DNA from: a virus
IMG/VR virus record: IMGVR_UViG_3300009512_000010
Span: 64,001-128,000 of that record
Length of the DNA: 64,000 nt
Reading direction: 5' to 3' (one strand)
Shown here: positions 1 to 7,736 of the stretch, piece after piece
Layout of the letters: each line of letters starts with the position of its first letter
Numbering within the stretch: position 1 is the first letter of the stretch
Position numbers and translations under genes: made by a program
Notes under the pieces: generated by a model
The model's database searches: none
What the model saw: the letters and a program-made list of their open reading frames with translations, nothing else
Told to the model about the DNA's origin: nothing

Positions 1-500
1 ATATCTGCTTCATGGGTATTACCATCTTGGTCTACAGTAATAGTATTGTCATCACCGTTTGCTTCTATTTTCGCACTATTGTAATCACCGTCTTGATCAA
101 TAACAATAGTTTGATCATTATCACCACCATTACCTAGTTCGCCATTTGCAAGGTTATAATTGCCATTTTGTTCAATATCAATAACACAATTATTACCATG
201 GCAATCTAAACTTGCTGAGTTGTTATCACCTGTTTGCGACAGATTGTTTATTCCATTACCAGAACTCATCCATACCCACGCTTGATTATTGTCACCTGTT
301 TGCGCATATGTAGTGCTTGTGTTGTTACCACTCACTTGAGCCTTACCGCCCGAACCAGTTATCTTATTGTTAGCACCATCTTGAGTGATGGTCATGTCTG
401 TATTATCACCAACTTGCCTCACATAAACCTCATTAGACCAACTAGCGTTGCTGATAAATGTCAATAGAGTTGCCAGTGTTATCCCCCAACCTGTAGTCAT
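1..500 (-). CDS. Curlin-repeat (CsgA/CsgB-like) secreted protein, 3' end outside window; absent from the ORF track
   Basis: Manual translation from ATG at 500 (GGGAG upstream): MTTGWGITLATLLTFISNASWS-NEVYVRQVGDNTDMTITQDGANN...QTGDNN...EQNGNYN...DQDGDYN...DQDGNTH. Signal peptide plus repeated Q-x-G-x-x-N curlin motifs; open to the window edge. Confidence 0.85.
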   Translation of the reverse strand, partial: MTTGWGITLATLLTFISNASWSNEVYVRQVGDNTDMTITQDGANNKITGSGGKAQVSGNNTSTTYAQTGDNNQAWVWMSSGNGINNLSQTGDNNSASLDCHGNNCVIDIEQNGNYNLANGELGNGGDNDQTIVIDQDGDYNSAKIEANGDDNTITVDQDGNTHEAD

Positions 501-1575
501 ATAACTCCCAATCGTTCTGTTGCAGATCTATGGTATAACCATATGCCTGATTTAATCTTAGTTGTACGAAGTTTTCTCCGCTATCATTTCTTCTAGAGAA
601 CACCCAATTAGGTGTTTGGTTTAGTAAGGAGATACCTGTCAATGGATCTAATCCGTATATATTCGCTTCCTGTCTTAGTAGCATTGCATTCTGATCGGCA
701 AGCTCATCACTAAACAACCTCTTTAATGCCTCATTCAATTGATCTAACATATCATACAGTAAGTCTTTAAGGTAGTCTACGTCCAAGTCGAGTTCAGTAA
801 GCCAAATTCCCTCTATTGAATCAACTAAGGCGTCATAGTCCAATCCCTCATACTGTAAAAAGTCTAACCCAAGAAAGTCTGCGGCCTGTCGTTTCTCAAT
901 TAGAATTCTACTTTGCTCTTCAAAGTATGGGTTCTTCTTACGTAGGATCAACAGTTGGTTGATCATGCTTTCATCAATGTCCAACAAAAGTGGTGGTGTT
1001 GGTTTATTGTTACTAGTTGATGCTACCGTAACTTGAAATGCTTTATTAAGTACGACAAATCCAGCATCTGTCTCGACTGTTATCTCTCCTGTGTAGCACA
1101 TACCTGCGGCATCACAACTTGGAAGTAATGTGACCATACTACTACCTGTTTCATCTACAACCATAATGAAGTCTGTGCCACGAACACCAATCGTTGCAGA
1201 TGGAGTTCGTATTCTTACCCTCTGTCTACTATTTTTAGCAATCTGACCACTTGCGTATCGGATTGTTCCTAAACTTGCTTTGAGACCAAGTGATCCCTTT
1301 CCAGTAGATGGGTCATAAACAAAGTCATCAATGATGAGACGTGAGTGTTCTGTTATGTCAACTCTTGTCTCATCAATGAAGTTGATAGTCATGGCAGAGT
1401 TAGCCGTAACTGCCGTATCATCCATTTGTATTCCAGTACCCTTCTCCGCACTTATTTCGGAGTTATCACGCTCAATCGCCGCACCACCTTCTTTACCTTT
1501 AAGTTGGGCAATCTCGCCAATGTTTGCATATGCCGAAGTAGACATACACACTAATAATAAAAAGTACTTTAACAT
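442..1575 (-). CDS. Secreted FecR-domain protein in curli operon
   Basis: Signal peptide; FecR-like segment (F-x-DETRVDITEHSRLII...G-x-IRY...RTPSATIGVRGTDF). Confidence 0.8.
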   Translation of the reverse strand: MLKYFLLLVCMSTSAYANIGEIAQLKGKEGGAAIERDNSEISAEKGTGIQMDDTAVTANSAMTINFIDETRVDITEHSRLIIDDFVYDPSTGKGSLGLKASLGTIRYASGQIAKNSRQRVRIRTPSATIGVRGTDFIMVVDETGSSMVTLLPSCDAAGMCYTGEITVETDAGFVVLNKAFQVTVASTSNNKPTPPLLLDIDESMINQLLILRKKNPYFEEQSRILIEKRQAADFLGLDFLQYEGLDYDALVDSIEGIWLTELDLDVDYLKDLLYDMLDQLNEALKRLFSDELADQNAMLLRQEANIYGLDPLTGISLLNQTPNWVFSRRNDSGENFVQLRLNQAYGYTIDLQQNDWELYDYRLGDNTGNSIDIYQQR

Positions 1576-2294
1576 CAGTCAGATTGTGTGATGTTTATAG
1601 CTTGTGTATCGCCATTTGTGTGAAGATCAATTACGTTGTCGTATATACCACTTTGGTTTATAACAACAGCATGCCCACGACCCTTTAGGTCAAGACTGAT
1701 TGTGTGTCCGTTAAGATCTCCATCACCAGAAACGTCAATGTCTAATGTGCTGTTACTCGTTTCAAGACTTGCGTTCTTATCAATTGCTACTGTTATAGAC
1801 GCACTTGTACCATCAACATCTGTTGTGATAACGTTTCCGCTATCGTCAACTGTGAAGTTGATTGTAGAGTTACTCGCATCTGCGGTTTCACCAATATTGA
1901 TTGTATAGTCTTGGTTGTCGCCATCGGCATCAATGTTGAGTGTCACAGTATCACAGTTACCCCCAGCGGCACTAGAACACATAAGATCGATCTCGTTATT
2001 ACTACCCAATATGTCCCAAGTACCTACATAGGTACTACCAAGAATTTGTGCCGTAATGCTGTTCGAGTTACCTGTCTGTGTTATGCTGAATGTCATAGAG
2101 TCGGAAGCACCACTAACAGATCCTAAAACTACATCTTGTAGACTAGTACCTATGGTGTTGTTCTGACCGTCTTGGACAATGTCCAAATCTAAAGTGTCGC
2201 CAACCTGTGTTATGTATATGTCGTTTGCATTAATCGGTGTCAGTGGTATACAAAGTGCGCATACCAATAGTATAAACTTTGATGAATACTTCAT
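1575..2294 (-). CDS. Curlin-like repeat protein (CsgB/CsgA-like)
   Basis: Signal peptide then NDIYITQVGD, IVQDGQNN, ITQTGNSN, INQSG; directly downstream of csgG. Confidence 0.75.
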   Translation of the reverse strand: MKYSSKFILLVCALCIPLTPINANDIYITQVGDTLDLDIVQDGQNNTIGTSLQDVVLGSVSGASDSMTFSITQTGNSNSITAQILGSTYVGTWDILGSNNEIDLMCSSAAGGNCDTVTLNIDADGDNQDYTINIGETADASNSTINFTVDDSGNVITTDVDGTSASITVAIDKNASLETSNSTLDIDVSGDGDLNGHTISLDLKGRGHAVVINQSGIYDNVIDLHTNGDTQAINITQSD

Positions 2295-2306
2295 TGTTCT
2301 TTCCTA

Positions 2307-3107
2307 TCATCCGCCAGTCTTTGGATCTACCAAAAACTTCCAGAATTGTCTGTTTTTCCCTTCGTTAATAAGTTCAATAACGCCAGCTTCTATCGCTGAT
2401 CTGACTGCATAATTAACTGGTTCATTCAAACTATAACCAGTTTCCGCTTCAACTAACTTAGTTCCCATATCAAAGAACTTGAACATATCTGCACCTGTTT
2501 GGTGACTTGCTATGTTCTTTTCAGTAGCAACACTCAGTAATACCTTACCTGTGTTAACACTAACTAATCTCATGACTATTGTGACGGTATCAACTCTATA
2601 TTGTTGTTGAACACCAAGACCAAGATACTTTGCACCTGATCCACCTGTAGCCACACTTGAGTCATAACCAACAATGCCACCCTCAAGAATGAGACCAGCA
2701 AATACCATTGGCTTTAGAGGCGTAGGTCCGTCTGCGAGGTTCTTCTCATAGACTTCTCTTGTGTTTCTAACAAGCTGTCTCTCTCTGATTAAATTGTCAA
2801 GACCAACTCGTTCAACAACCTCAAACCATGTTCCGTGACCAACATCTTGTAATGCTTTGATCACCCATACTTCCGCACCTTGAGTAACGGCACTACTTAA
2901 ACTTGCACCCCCACCGCTAGGCTTTCTCTGTCCTGTCATATCCTTAAACTGATAAACAGCAATGGTCATAATCTTACCATCCATCTGAGGATAGTCGGAA
3001 ATATCATTAGGAGAAACCTGTACCACAGGCTCTTGTCCTATAGGATACTGCGAAGGATCCACACAACCTGCAAGTAATGCTATTATCGTTATCAAAGCAA
3101 AACGCAT
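2307..3107 (-). CDS. csgG: Curli secretion channel lipoprotein CsgG
   Basis: Lipobox LLAGC; AVYQFKDMTGQRK, SSAVTQGA, WFEVVERVGLDNLIRERQLVR, EGGIVGYD, EAETGYSLNEP, all typical of CsgG. Confidence 0.95.
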   Translation of the reverse strand: MRFALITIIALLAGCVDPSQYPIGQEPVVQVSPNDISDYPQMDGKIMTIAVYQFKDMTGQRKPSGGGASLSSAVTQGAEVWVIKALQDVGHGTWFEVVERVGLDNLIRERQLVRNTREVYEKNLADGPTPLKPMVFAGLILEGGIVGYDSSVATGGSGAKYLGLGVQQQYRVDTVTIVMRLVSVNTGKVLLSVATEKNIASHQTGADMFKFFDMGTKLVEAETGYSLNEPVNYAVRSAIEAGVIELINEGKNRQFWKFLVDPKTGG

Positions 3108-3571
3108 CAGAAGTTAAACTCCCCTGATCCTGGAATAGTAATGGTTGTAGTACCATCGTCATTTGTTATGACTAAGGTGATAGATCCTGTAGTAGAATCT
3201 TTAGACCACTCAATCGTACTTCCCTCAATCTCTGTAGATCCGCTACTAGCGCAATCATCTCCTGTACACTCCGCAAACATGGAGTCAACCATCTGTTTAC
3301 TCAGTGTCGCATATATTCTACTCTCAAGGTTCTTAATAAATTTGTTTAATGTAGTATTCTCTAGCTCACGCTCAATGCGATTAGCTTCCGCTCTCATTTC
3401 GTCTTTTCGGTCTTTATTCCTATTGAACAGTAATTGCTCAGTAGATAGTGCATGGGACGAATATCCTTGCCCACTAAAGGAAGGGTTCTTAAAAGTAAAA
3501 GTTAACTCCGCATTACTTTGTGTTGGGAGTAACACCAAAGCTATTAGGCTTAGGATCATCTTCTTTTTCAT
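3107..3571 (-). CDS. csgF: Curli assembly protein CsgF
   Basis: Signal peptide then ELTFTFKNPSFSG (CsgF N-terminal F-x-NP-x-FGG-like motif); start refined to MKKKMIL at 3571; adjacent to csgG. Confidence 0.88.
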   Translation of the reverse strand: MKKKMILSLIALVLLPTQSNAELTFTFKNPSFSGQGYSSHALSTEQLLFNRNKDRKDEMRAEANRIERELENTTLNKFIKNLESRIYATLSKQMVDSMFAECTGDDCASSGSTEIEGSTIEWSKDSTTGSITLVITNDDGTTTITIPGSGEFNF

Positions 3572-3863
3572 CGGCTTGACCTGTTGAGTTGTGCGTTTCG
3601 CTCGTTGATTGGAACTTAGCAACTTCATTATCCATGCCACGATGTTCCAACACCATCGAAAGCTTACTGTTTAATCTTATCATATCATTATCAAGCATAC
3701 GAACTCTATCGACCAACCGTATCAGAGTCATCATAGTTTCGCCAATAACAGGGTCAATAGTTTCCGTAACCCACTTCCATATAAAGTAGATAAAGTAACC
3801 CATGCCAACAGAGGCAACGACAGGAAAGCCGTATTCACTTATAGCTTGGGTTACACTATCCAT
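3513..3863 (-). CDS. Small single-TM/coiled-coil membrane protein (paralog of 4102..4380)
   Basis: GFPVVASVGMGYFIYFIWKW hydrophobic helix followed by a heptad segment; start refined to ATG 3863. Confidence 0.65.
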   Translation of the reverse strand: MDSVTQAISEYGFPVVASVGMGYFIYFIWKWVTETIDPVIGETMMTLIRLVDRVRMLDNDMIRLNSKLSMVLEHRGMDNEVAKFQSTSETHNSTGQADEKEDDPKPNSFGVTPNTK

Positions 3864-3864
3864 C

Positions 3865-4101
3865 CTAGTCCTTATTCTCATAAATTATAGAAGCATATGA
3901 TTGATCATCAATAGCTTCATTATGAATATTACCGTGTATACTGCCAACATTCTCAAAGTATCCGTTAGGACCTACTCTGAACATATCACCAATTTCGAGT
4001 TTCACATCATCAATAACGAAGAACTTATCATCTGTGTTCTTTCCATTGAGAATCCGAAACCCATTACTAAACTTAGATAGTACCAAGTCTTTCCAAATCA
4101 T
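3865..4101 (-). CDS. Hypothetical protein
   Basis: 78-aa ORF packed tightly between its neighbours in the operon. Confidence 0.55.
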   Translation of the reverse strand: MIWKDLVLSKFSNGFRILNGKNTDDKFFVIDDVKLEIGDMFRVGPNGYFENVGSIHGNIHNEAIDDQSYASIIYENKD

Positions 4102-4380
4102 TTAATCTCTCCTTGCGTCTTCCTTACCTTCGTTAGCCGCAATACGGTCAATATTAGGTTTGACATTTAGAGCATAACTAAGTAAGGCATCAATTTTCAC
4201 TAAATCGTTGTTCATTGTCTGCACCCTATTGTCAAGGGAACCGATTATACTTCTAAGAGTTGTTACAGATTCTGTAACACTCGCTAGGATAAACCTCAAT
4301 GTGATAAACACGAACACCCCTGCGGCCATTGCCCCAGCTATCGGAAATCCCACTTTATCTATTATTGCAAATATATCCAT
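4102..4380 (-). CDS. Small single-TM/coiled-coil membrane protein
   Basis: GFPIAGAMAAGVFVFITLRFI TM helix; LDNRVQTMNNDLVKID resembles LVDRVRMLDNDMIRLN of 3513..3863. Confidence 0.7.
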   Translation of the reverse strand: MDIFAIIDKVGFPIAGAMAAGVFVFITLRFILASVTESVTTLRSIIGSLDNRVQTMNNDLVKIDALLSYALNVKPNIDRIAANEGKEDARRD

Positions 4381-4385
4381 ACACC

Positions 4386-4393
4386 TATTTATA
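4386..4393 (-). promoter_or_regulatory. T4-type late promoter heading the curli operon
   Basis: Exact TATAAATA on the minus strand, 5 nt before ATG 4380. Confidence 0.75.
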
Positions 4394-4394
4394 C

Positions 4395-4426
4395 AAAAAG
4401 AAAGGGGAACCCGAAGATTCCCCTTT
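4395..4426 (-). terminator. Intrinsic terminator after porin-like gene
   Basis: AAAGGGGAA-N8-TTCCCCTTT hairpin followed by a U-rich tract on the minus strand. Confidence 0.75.
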
Positions 4427-4483
4427 ACATCGTTCTCTAACCGTAGAGTTCATCGGATGTGTTAGGCCATCACACCATTCGTA

Positions 4484-5251
4484 TTAGAATGAAAAGGACA
4501 AATTCAAGGAAGGTGAATATTGTTCGCTATTCATGTCGTAGTTAAGCTTGCTTTCGATAGAAGCGGCATCACTAAGACCAATTAGATAAGAACCACCAAG
4601 GTTCTGTGTCAGGTCATTTTCGTCACCGTTCAAGTAACCTGTGATACCAAGCAATGTTGTTGAGCCTTCGTATGCCCATACATCGTTTGCGTATGTCATT
4701 ACGGTATCAACAGATTGGTCCTTGATCTCAAGACCAAAACCCACACCAACAGCAATATCTTTAGTGTTGATGTTATAGTCGGCAGAAGTAGATGCTGTAA
4801 TACCACCAAGTTCTAGTTGGTAAGCACCTTGCAAACTTGCAATGTCTGTTACGTCTGTACCGATATCAGTAAATGCGAGACCTACACTTACACCAGACCA
4901 AGCGGCTTGCAATGATGTTCCCATAGACGGATCTGCAAGTGGGCTATTTGCGGCAGAAGCTTCACCTTCTACGAAAAGGTTTCCTTGTTTACCAAAAGAC
5001 AGACTAGCTGAACCAACTGCGTGGCCTACGTTCCAGTCGCCTACTGCTAGTTTGTCGTCTGCACCAGCAACTACTTCGACGCCACCAAAGGCATCGCCTA
5101 CGGCAGTCACATCAAAAGCGATTTTCTTTGTGGCGATATACTTACCCGCAGTGTTTTCTGTGATGTCAATGTCAGCATCTACGGCGATATCCGCACCAAA
5201 TGCACTTGTTGACATAGCAATCATTGCTAGAGAAGAGATTAATAGTTTCAT
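4484..5251 (-). CDS. Outer-membrane beta-barrel, porin-like protein
   Basis: Signal peptide ending SAFG/A; alternating amphipathic strands; C-terminal LNLSFSF with terminal Phe (BAM signal). Confidence 0.7.
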   Translation of the reverse strand: MKLLISSLAMIAMSTSAFGADIAVDADIDITENTAGKYIATKKIAFDVTAVGDAFGGVEVVAGADDKLAVGDWNVGHAVGSASLSFGKQGNLFVEGEASAANSPLADPSMGTSLQAAWSGVSVGLAFTDIGTDVTDIASLQGAYQLELGGITASTSADYNINTKDIAVGVGFGLEIKDQSVDTVMTYANDVWAYEGSTTLLGITGYLNGDENDLTQNLGGSYLIGLSDAASIESKLNYDMNSEQYSPSLNLSFSF

Positions 5252-5280
5252 GTTCTTGTTATTCCTTGTTAATTGTTAGT

Positions 5281-5592
5281 ACGACTTTTCTGTTGCTAGG
5301 TAAGTCGCCAACCCCCTTAAATTAGGCCGCTAGGCGCAATTCAGAAGGAGCAAAGTTATTGTTTGCATTTAGTAGTTTTGACCAATTACGCAGTCACCCG
5401 ATAAACTCCACGTTCACTTTCACACCTGTCGATCCTAGTTCGCCCCCATCAAAAGCACATCATCTTCAACCCTCGTGAGGTCTGTGTCTCTGCAAAAACA
5501 CCTTATTGCAGTAAGGCGTAATGTGCTTGTGGTGGAGGCGTTGGGTACTGCCCCCAAGTCCAGAATGTGTCCACGTTGCTTCAACGTCTACA
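5281..5592 (-). ncRNA. ssrA: Circularly permuted two-piece tmRNA
   Basis: Minus strand order: acceptor piece ending GACTTGGGGGCAGTACCCAACGCCTCCACCA (CCA end at 5530), intervening segment, 5' piece starting GGGGGCGAACTAGGATCGAC (5447), tag frame 5366..5322 ANNNFAPSELRLAA*. Confidence 0.92.
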
Positions 5593-5598
5593 AGTTAT

Positions 5599-5627
5599 AT
5601 AGTATCACAGACCACCTAAAGTGTCAA
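5599..5627 (-). promoter_or_regulatory. Sigma70-type promoter of tmRNA
   Basis: TTGACA-17 nt-TACTAT. Confidence 0.8.
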
Positions 5628-5662
5628 CAGTCTGCGACATTGATTTAATGTTGTGATATATA

Positions 5663-6304
5663 TCACACAGGAGCGGCATACGTCTGTTCTAGTTCAACAG
5701 GTTGTGGTTCGTTGTAATCTACTTCGAACCCACCCTTATCAAACTTAGGCGGTGGCGCATTCATCTTCATTAGATGAGACACACCACCATGCAACTGTTC
5801 CATCAAGTTACGAGTGTTAAACTGCAACTCTTCAAGATCTCCATTGTTGTCGATAGTAAAGTCTGCCATCCACTGTTTAAGGCTCATGCTGTCATCGCCT
5901 TCACTAGGCAAATGATCTGAGCGATCAATCCAAATACAGAAGTCATAAACACCTGTATTCTGCATAGCAAAGAACTCACGTTTGTTACGTAGTCCACAGT
6001 AGATATCATACTCAGCAAACATTTGGCGACCTAATCGTGCGGCATCCTTCTTGTTGTATGCACAGATTGCATCATACCATTCAGCACGATGATTGTGTCG
6101 ATCTGCATAACACTCTTCAATATCTTTATAACCATATTTTGGCTTTAACATATCATAGATGAAGTGTTTACAACAAAAGTGACTACTGCTTTCAAATGTA
6201 TAGCCCATATTGTCTCTGAGCATTTCACACACGGTATCTTTACCATGCCTTCCATGCCCAATGATTAGTAGTTTTAGTTTAGGTAGTTCTGGTGCTGTTT
6301 CCAT
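5663..6304 (-). CDS. Deoxynucleoside monophosphate kinase-like P-loop protein
   Basis: N-terminal IIGHGRHGKDT P-loop; ADFTIDNNGDL near the C-terminus. Confidence 0.65.
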   Translation of the reverse strand: METAPELPKLKLLIIGHGRHGKDTVCEMLRDNMGYTFESSSHFCCKHFIYDMLKPKYGYKDIEECYADRHNHRAEWYDAICAYNKKDAARLGRQMFAEYDIYCGLRNKREFFAMQNTGVYDFCIWIDRSDHLPSEGDDSMSLKQWMADFTIDNNGDLEELQFNTRNLMEQLHGGVSHLMKMNAPPPKFDKGGFEVDYNEPQPVELEQTYAAPV

Positions 6305-6309
6305 AATGA

Positions 6310-6804
6310 TTATTTCGCTTTGTAAAAGATGTGGGTTCCGATTGTTGTTGTTTTATTCATGTATTCTTCAGTAGCCCAATTAGGACTTACGTAGTCTGCG
6401 TGGTAGTGGTCTGCACCACCAGTATTGTCTTCAACACGTTCTCTCAACACATCGTCGGCAATGAGTTTAGCCTTGTGATATGCATAAAGATCCTTGGGAC
6501 TATGATCATCTATCTGCCATGTCCAAGAGAATTGTTTACGAGCGTATACAACTTCGCATACGGTGTTGCCATGTTTAGAGGAATCCACACGGTTCATAGT
6601 AACATGAGCCACTGCGTACTGTCCCTCTTCAGATTCACCACGTGCTTCGTGATACACATTTAATGCCAAGCATTCCTTAGCTTCTGCGTATTCTTTAGTA
6701 ACGATGGTTATACATGCGCCCAACGAAAGCATCATTGCCATCGTCAGGCCACCTGATAGAATGTTTCTGATACGTATCATAAGTACCCCTGTAATTCGCC
6801 TCAT
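6310..6804 (-). CDS. SleB/Hydrolase_2 family cell-wall hydrolase
   Basis: CLALNVYHEARGE, GQYAVAHVTMNRV, QFSW, GADHYHADYVSPNW, IGTHIFY; two in-frame starts at 6804 and 6780. Confidence 0.9.
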   Translation of the reverse strand: MRRITGVLMIRIRNILSGGLTMAMMLSLGACITIVTKEYAEAKECLALNVYHEARGESEEGQYAVAHVTMNRVDSSKHGNTVCEVVYARKQFSWTWQIDDHSPKDLYAYHKAKLIADDVLRERVEDNTGGADHYHADYVSPNWATEEYMNKTTTIGTHIFYKAK

Positions 6805-6814
6805 AAGTACCCCT
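6777..6814 (-). repeat. 14-bp direct repeat duplicating RBS plus start codon
   Basis: AGGGGTACTTATGA at 6814-6801 and 6790-6777, 24-nt period. Confidence 0.85.
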
Positions 6815-6846
6815 AATATACTTCTGTTTTTACGACTTGTCAATGA

Positions 6847-7065
6847 CTAAATGTATTCTTTTTCAAGTTTCTTGATACCCAAAGACCAGTTTTCTGCGGC
6901 ATCTTGGATATATCGGATAGAATGGTTTGGAAAGTGTTCTGTGTAAAACATCTTGTCGTTACTATCAAAGTACTTAATGTAACCTCTTTCGGTTTTATAA
7001 TCGAAATGAACTTCACATTTGCCCTTTCCATCTTCAGCTTTGTAGGTTTCGAGTTTTCTACCCAT
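6847..7065 (-). CDS. Hypothetical protein
   Basis: 72-aa ORF overlapping the thyX stop. Confidence 0.6.
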   Translation of the reverse strand: MGRKLETYKAEDGKGKCEVHFDYKTERGYIKYFDSNDKMFYTEHFPNHSIRYIQDAAENWSLGIKKLEKEYI

Positions 7066-7732
7066 CTTGAACGAACTCCTTTGTCATTGGAAATATCTTT
7101 GAGATCTCGACGGCAATGGCACGTGCCAGTTCCATATGTTCTAGTTGAGTTCCGTTGCCGCTTCTCAGTTCTATATAGTGTATCCAAGAACGCAAGGTTG
7201 CGTTTGCAAACAGACGAGATACAGTATTTCCTTCGGGTAGGACAGATCTCGCTTGTTCCTTTGCAATGCCCATTGAGATTGCCCAGTTATATGCCAACTT
7301 AGCTTCGTGGATGATCTGATCTTGTTTCATTCTCCATGCTCTAGCAAGTTCTTTATCCGTATTAGGCACGGAGTTCTGTCGGTTCTTAGTATCTTGCATA
7401 CGTGCTTCTCGAACAACAAATGCCTGTTTCATATCTTGAGGATCTGCATAGCGTTGCGAAAACTCTTGAAAAGACATTGAACGGTGGCGCAACAGTTGAC
7501 GTGCGATATCACGAGTTGTTTCCACACCAAGTGTACACGACACCATCTCCAACGGTGACCAATGTTTATGCTTAACCAAATATCGGATAAGCTTATCGGC
7601 AGTTTCCGTGTTCATTTCATTGGCTGGGTTTGATACCCTAGCACAATAACTAATAAGATCTTGAGCATCTTTGATACCCCCCTCAAACAGTTCTTTTGAG
7701 GGTTGAGGTGTTACTACTGTCCATACTTTCAT
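7058..7732 (-). CDS. thyX: FAD-dependent thymidylate synthase ThyX
   Basis: HWSPLE and the RHRSMSFQEFSQRY ThyX motif. Confidence 0.93.
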   Translation of the reverse strand: MKVWTVVTPQPSKELFEGGIKDAQDLISYCARVSNPANEMNTETADKLIRYLVKHKHWSPLEMVSCTLGVETTRDIARQLLRHRSMSFQEFSQRYADPQDMKQAFVVREARMQDTKNRQNSVPNTDKELARAWRMKQDQIIHEAKLAYNWAISMGIAKEQARSVLPEGNTVSRLFANATLRSWIHYIELRSGNGTQLEHMELARAIAVEISKIFPMTKEFVQDG

Positions 7733-7736
7733 CGTA

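Noticed and set aside
5530-5562. Possible standalone tRNA (T-arm-like stem plus CCA)
   Set aside because: No anticodon arm; it is the acceptor piece of the permuted tmRNA
6840-7187. 115-aa minus-strand ORF overlapping thyX
   Set aside because: Alternate frame over thyX and the better-placed 6847..7065 ORF
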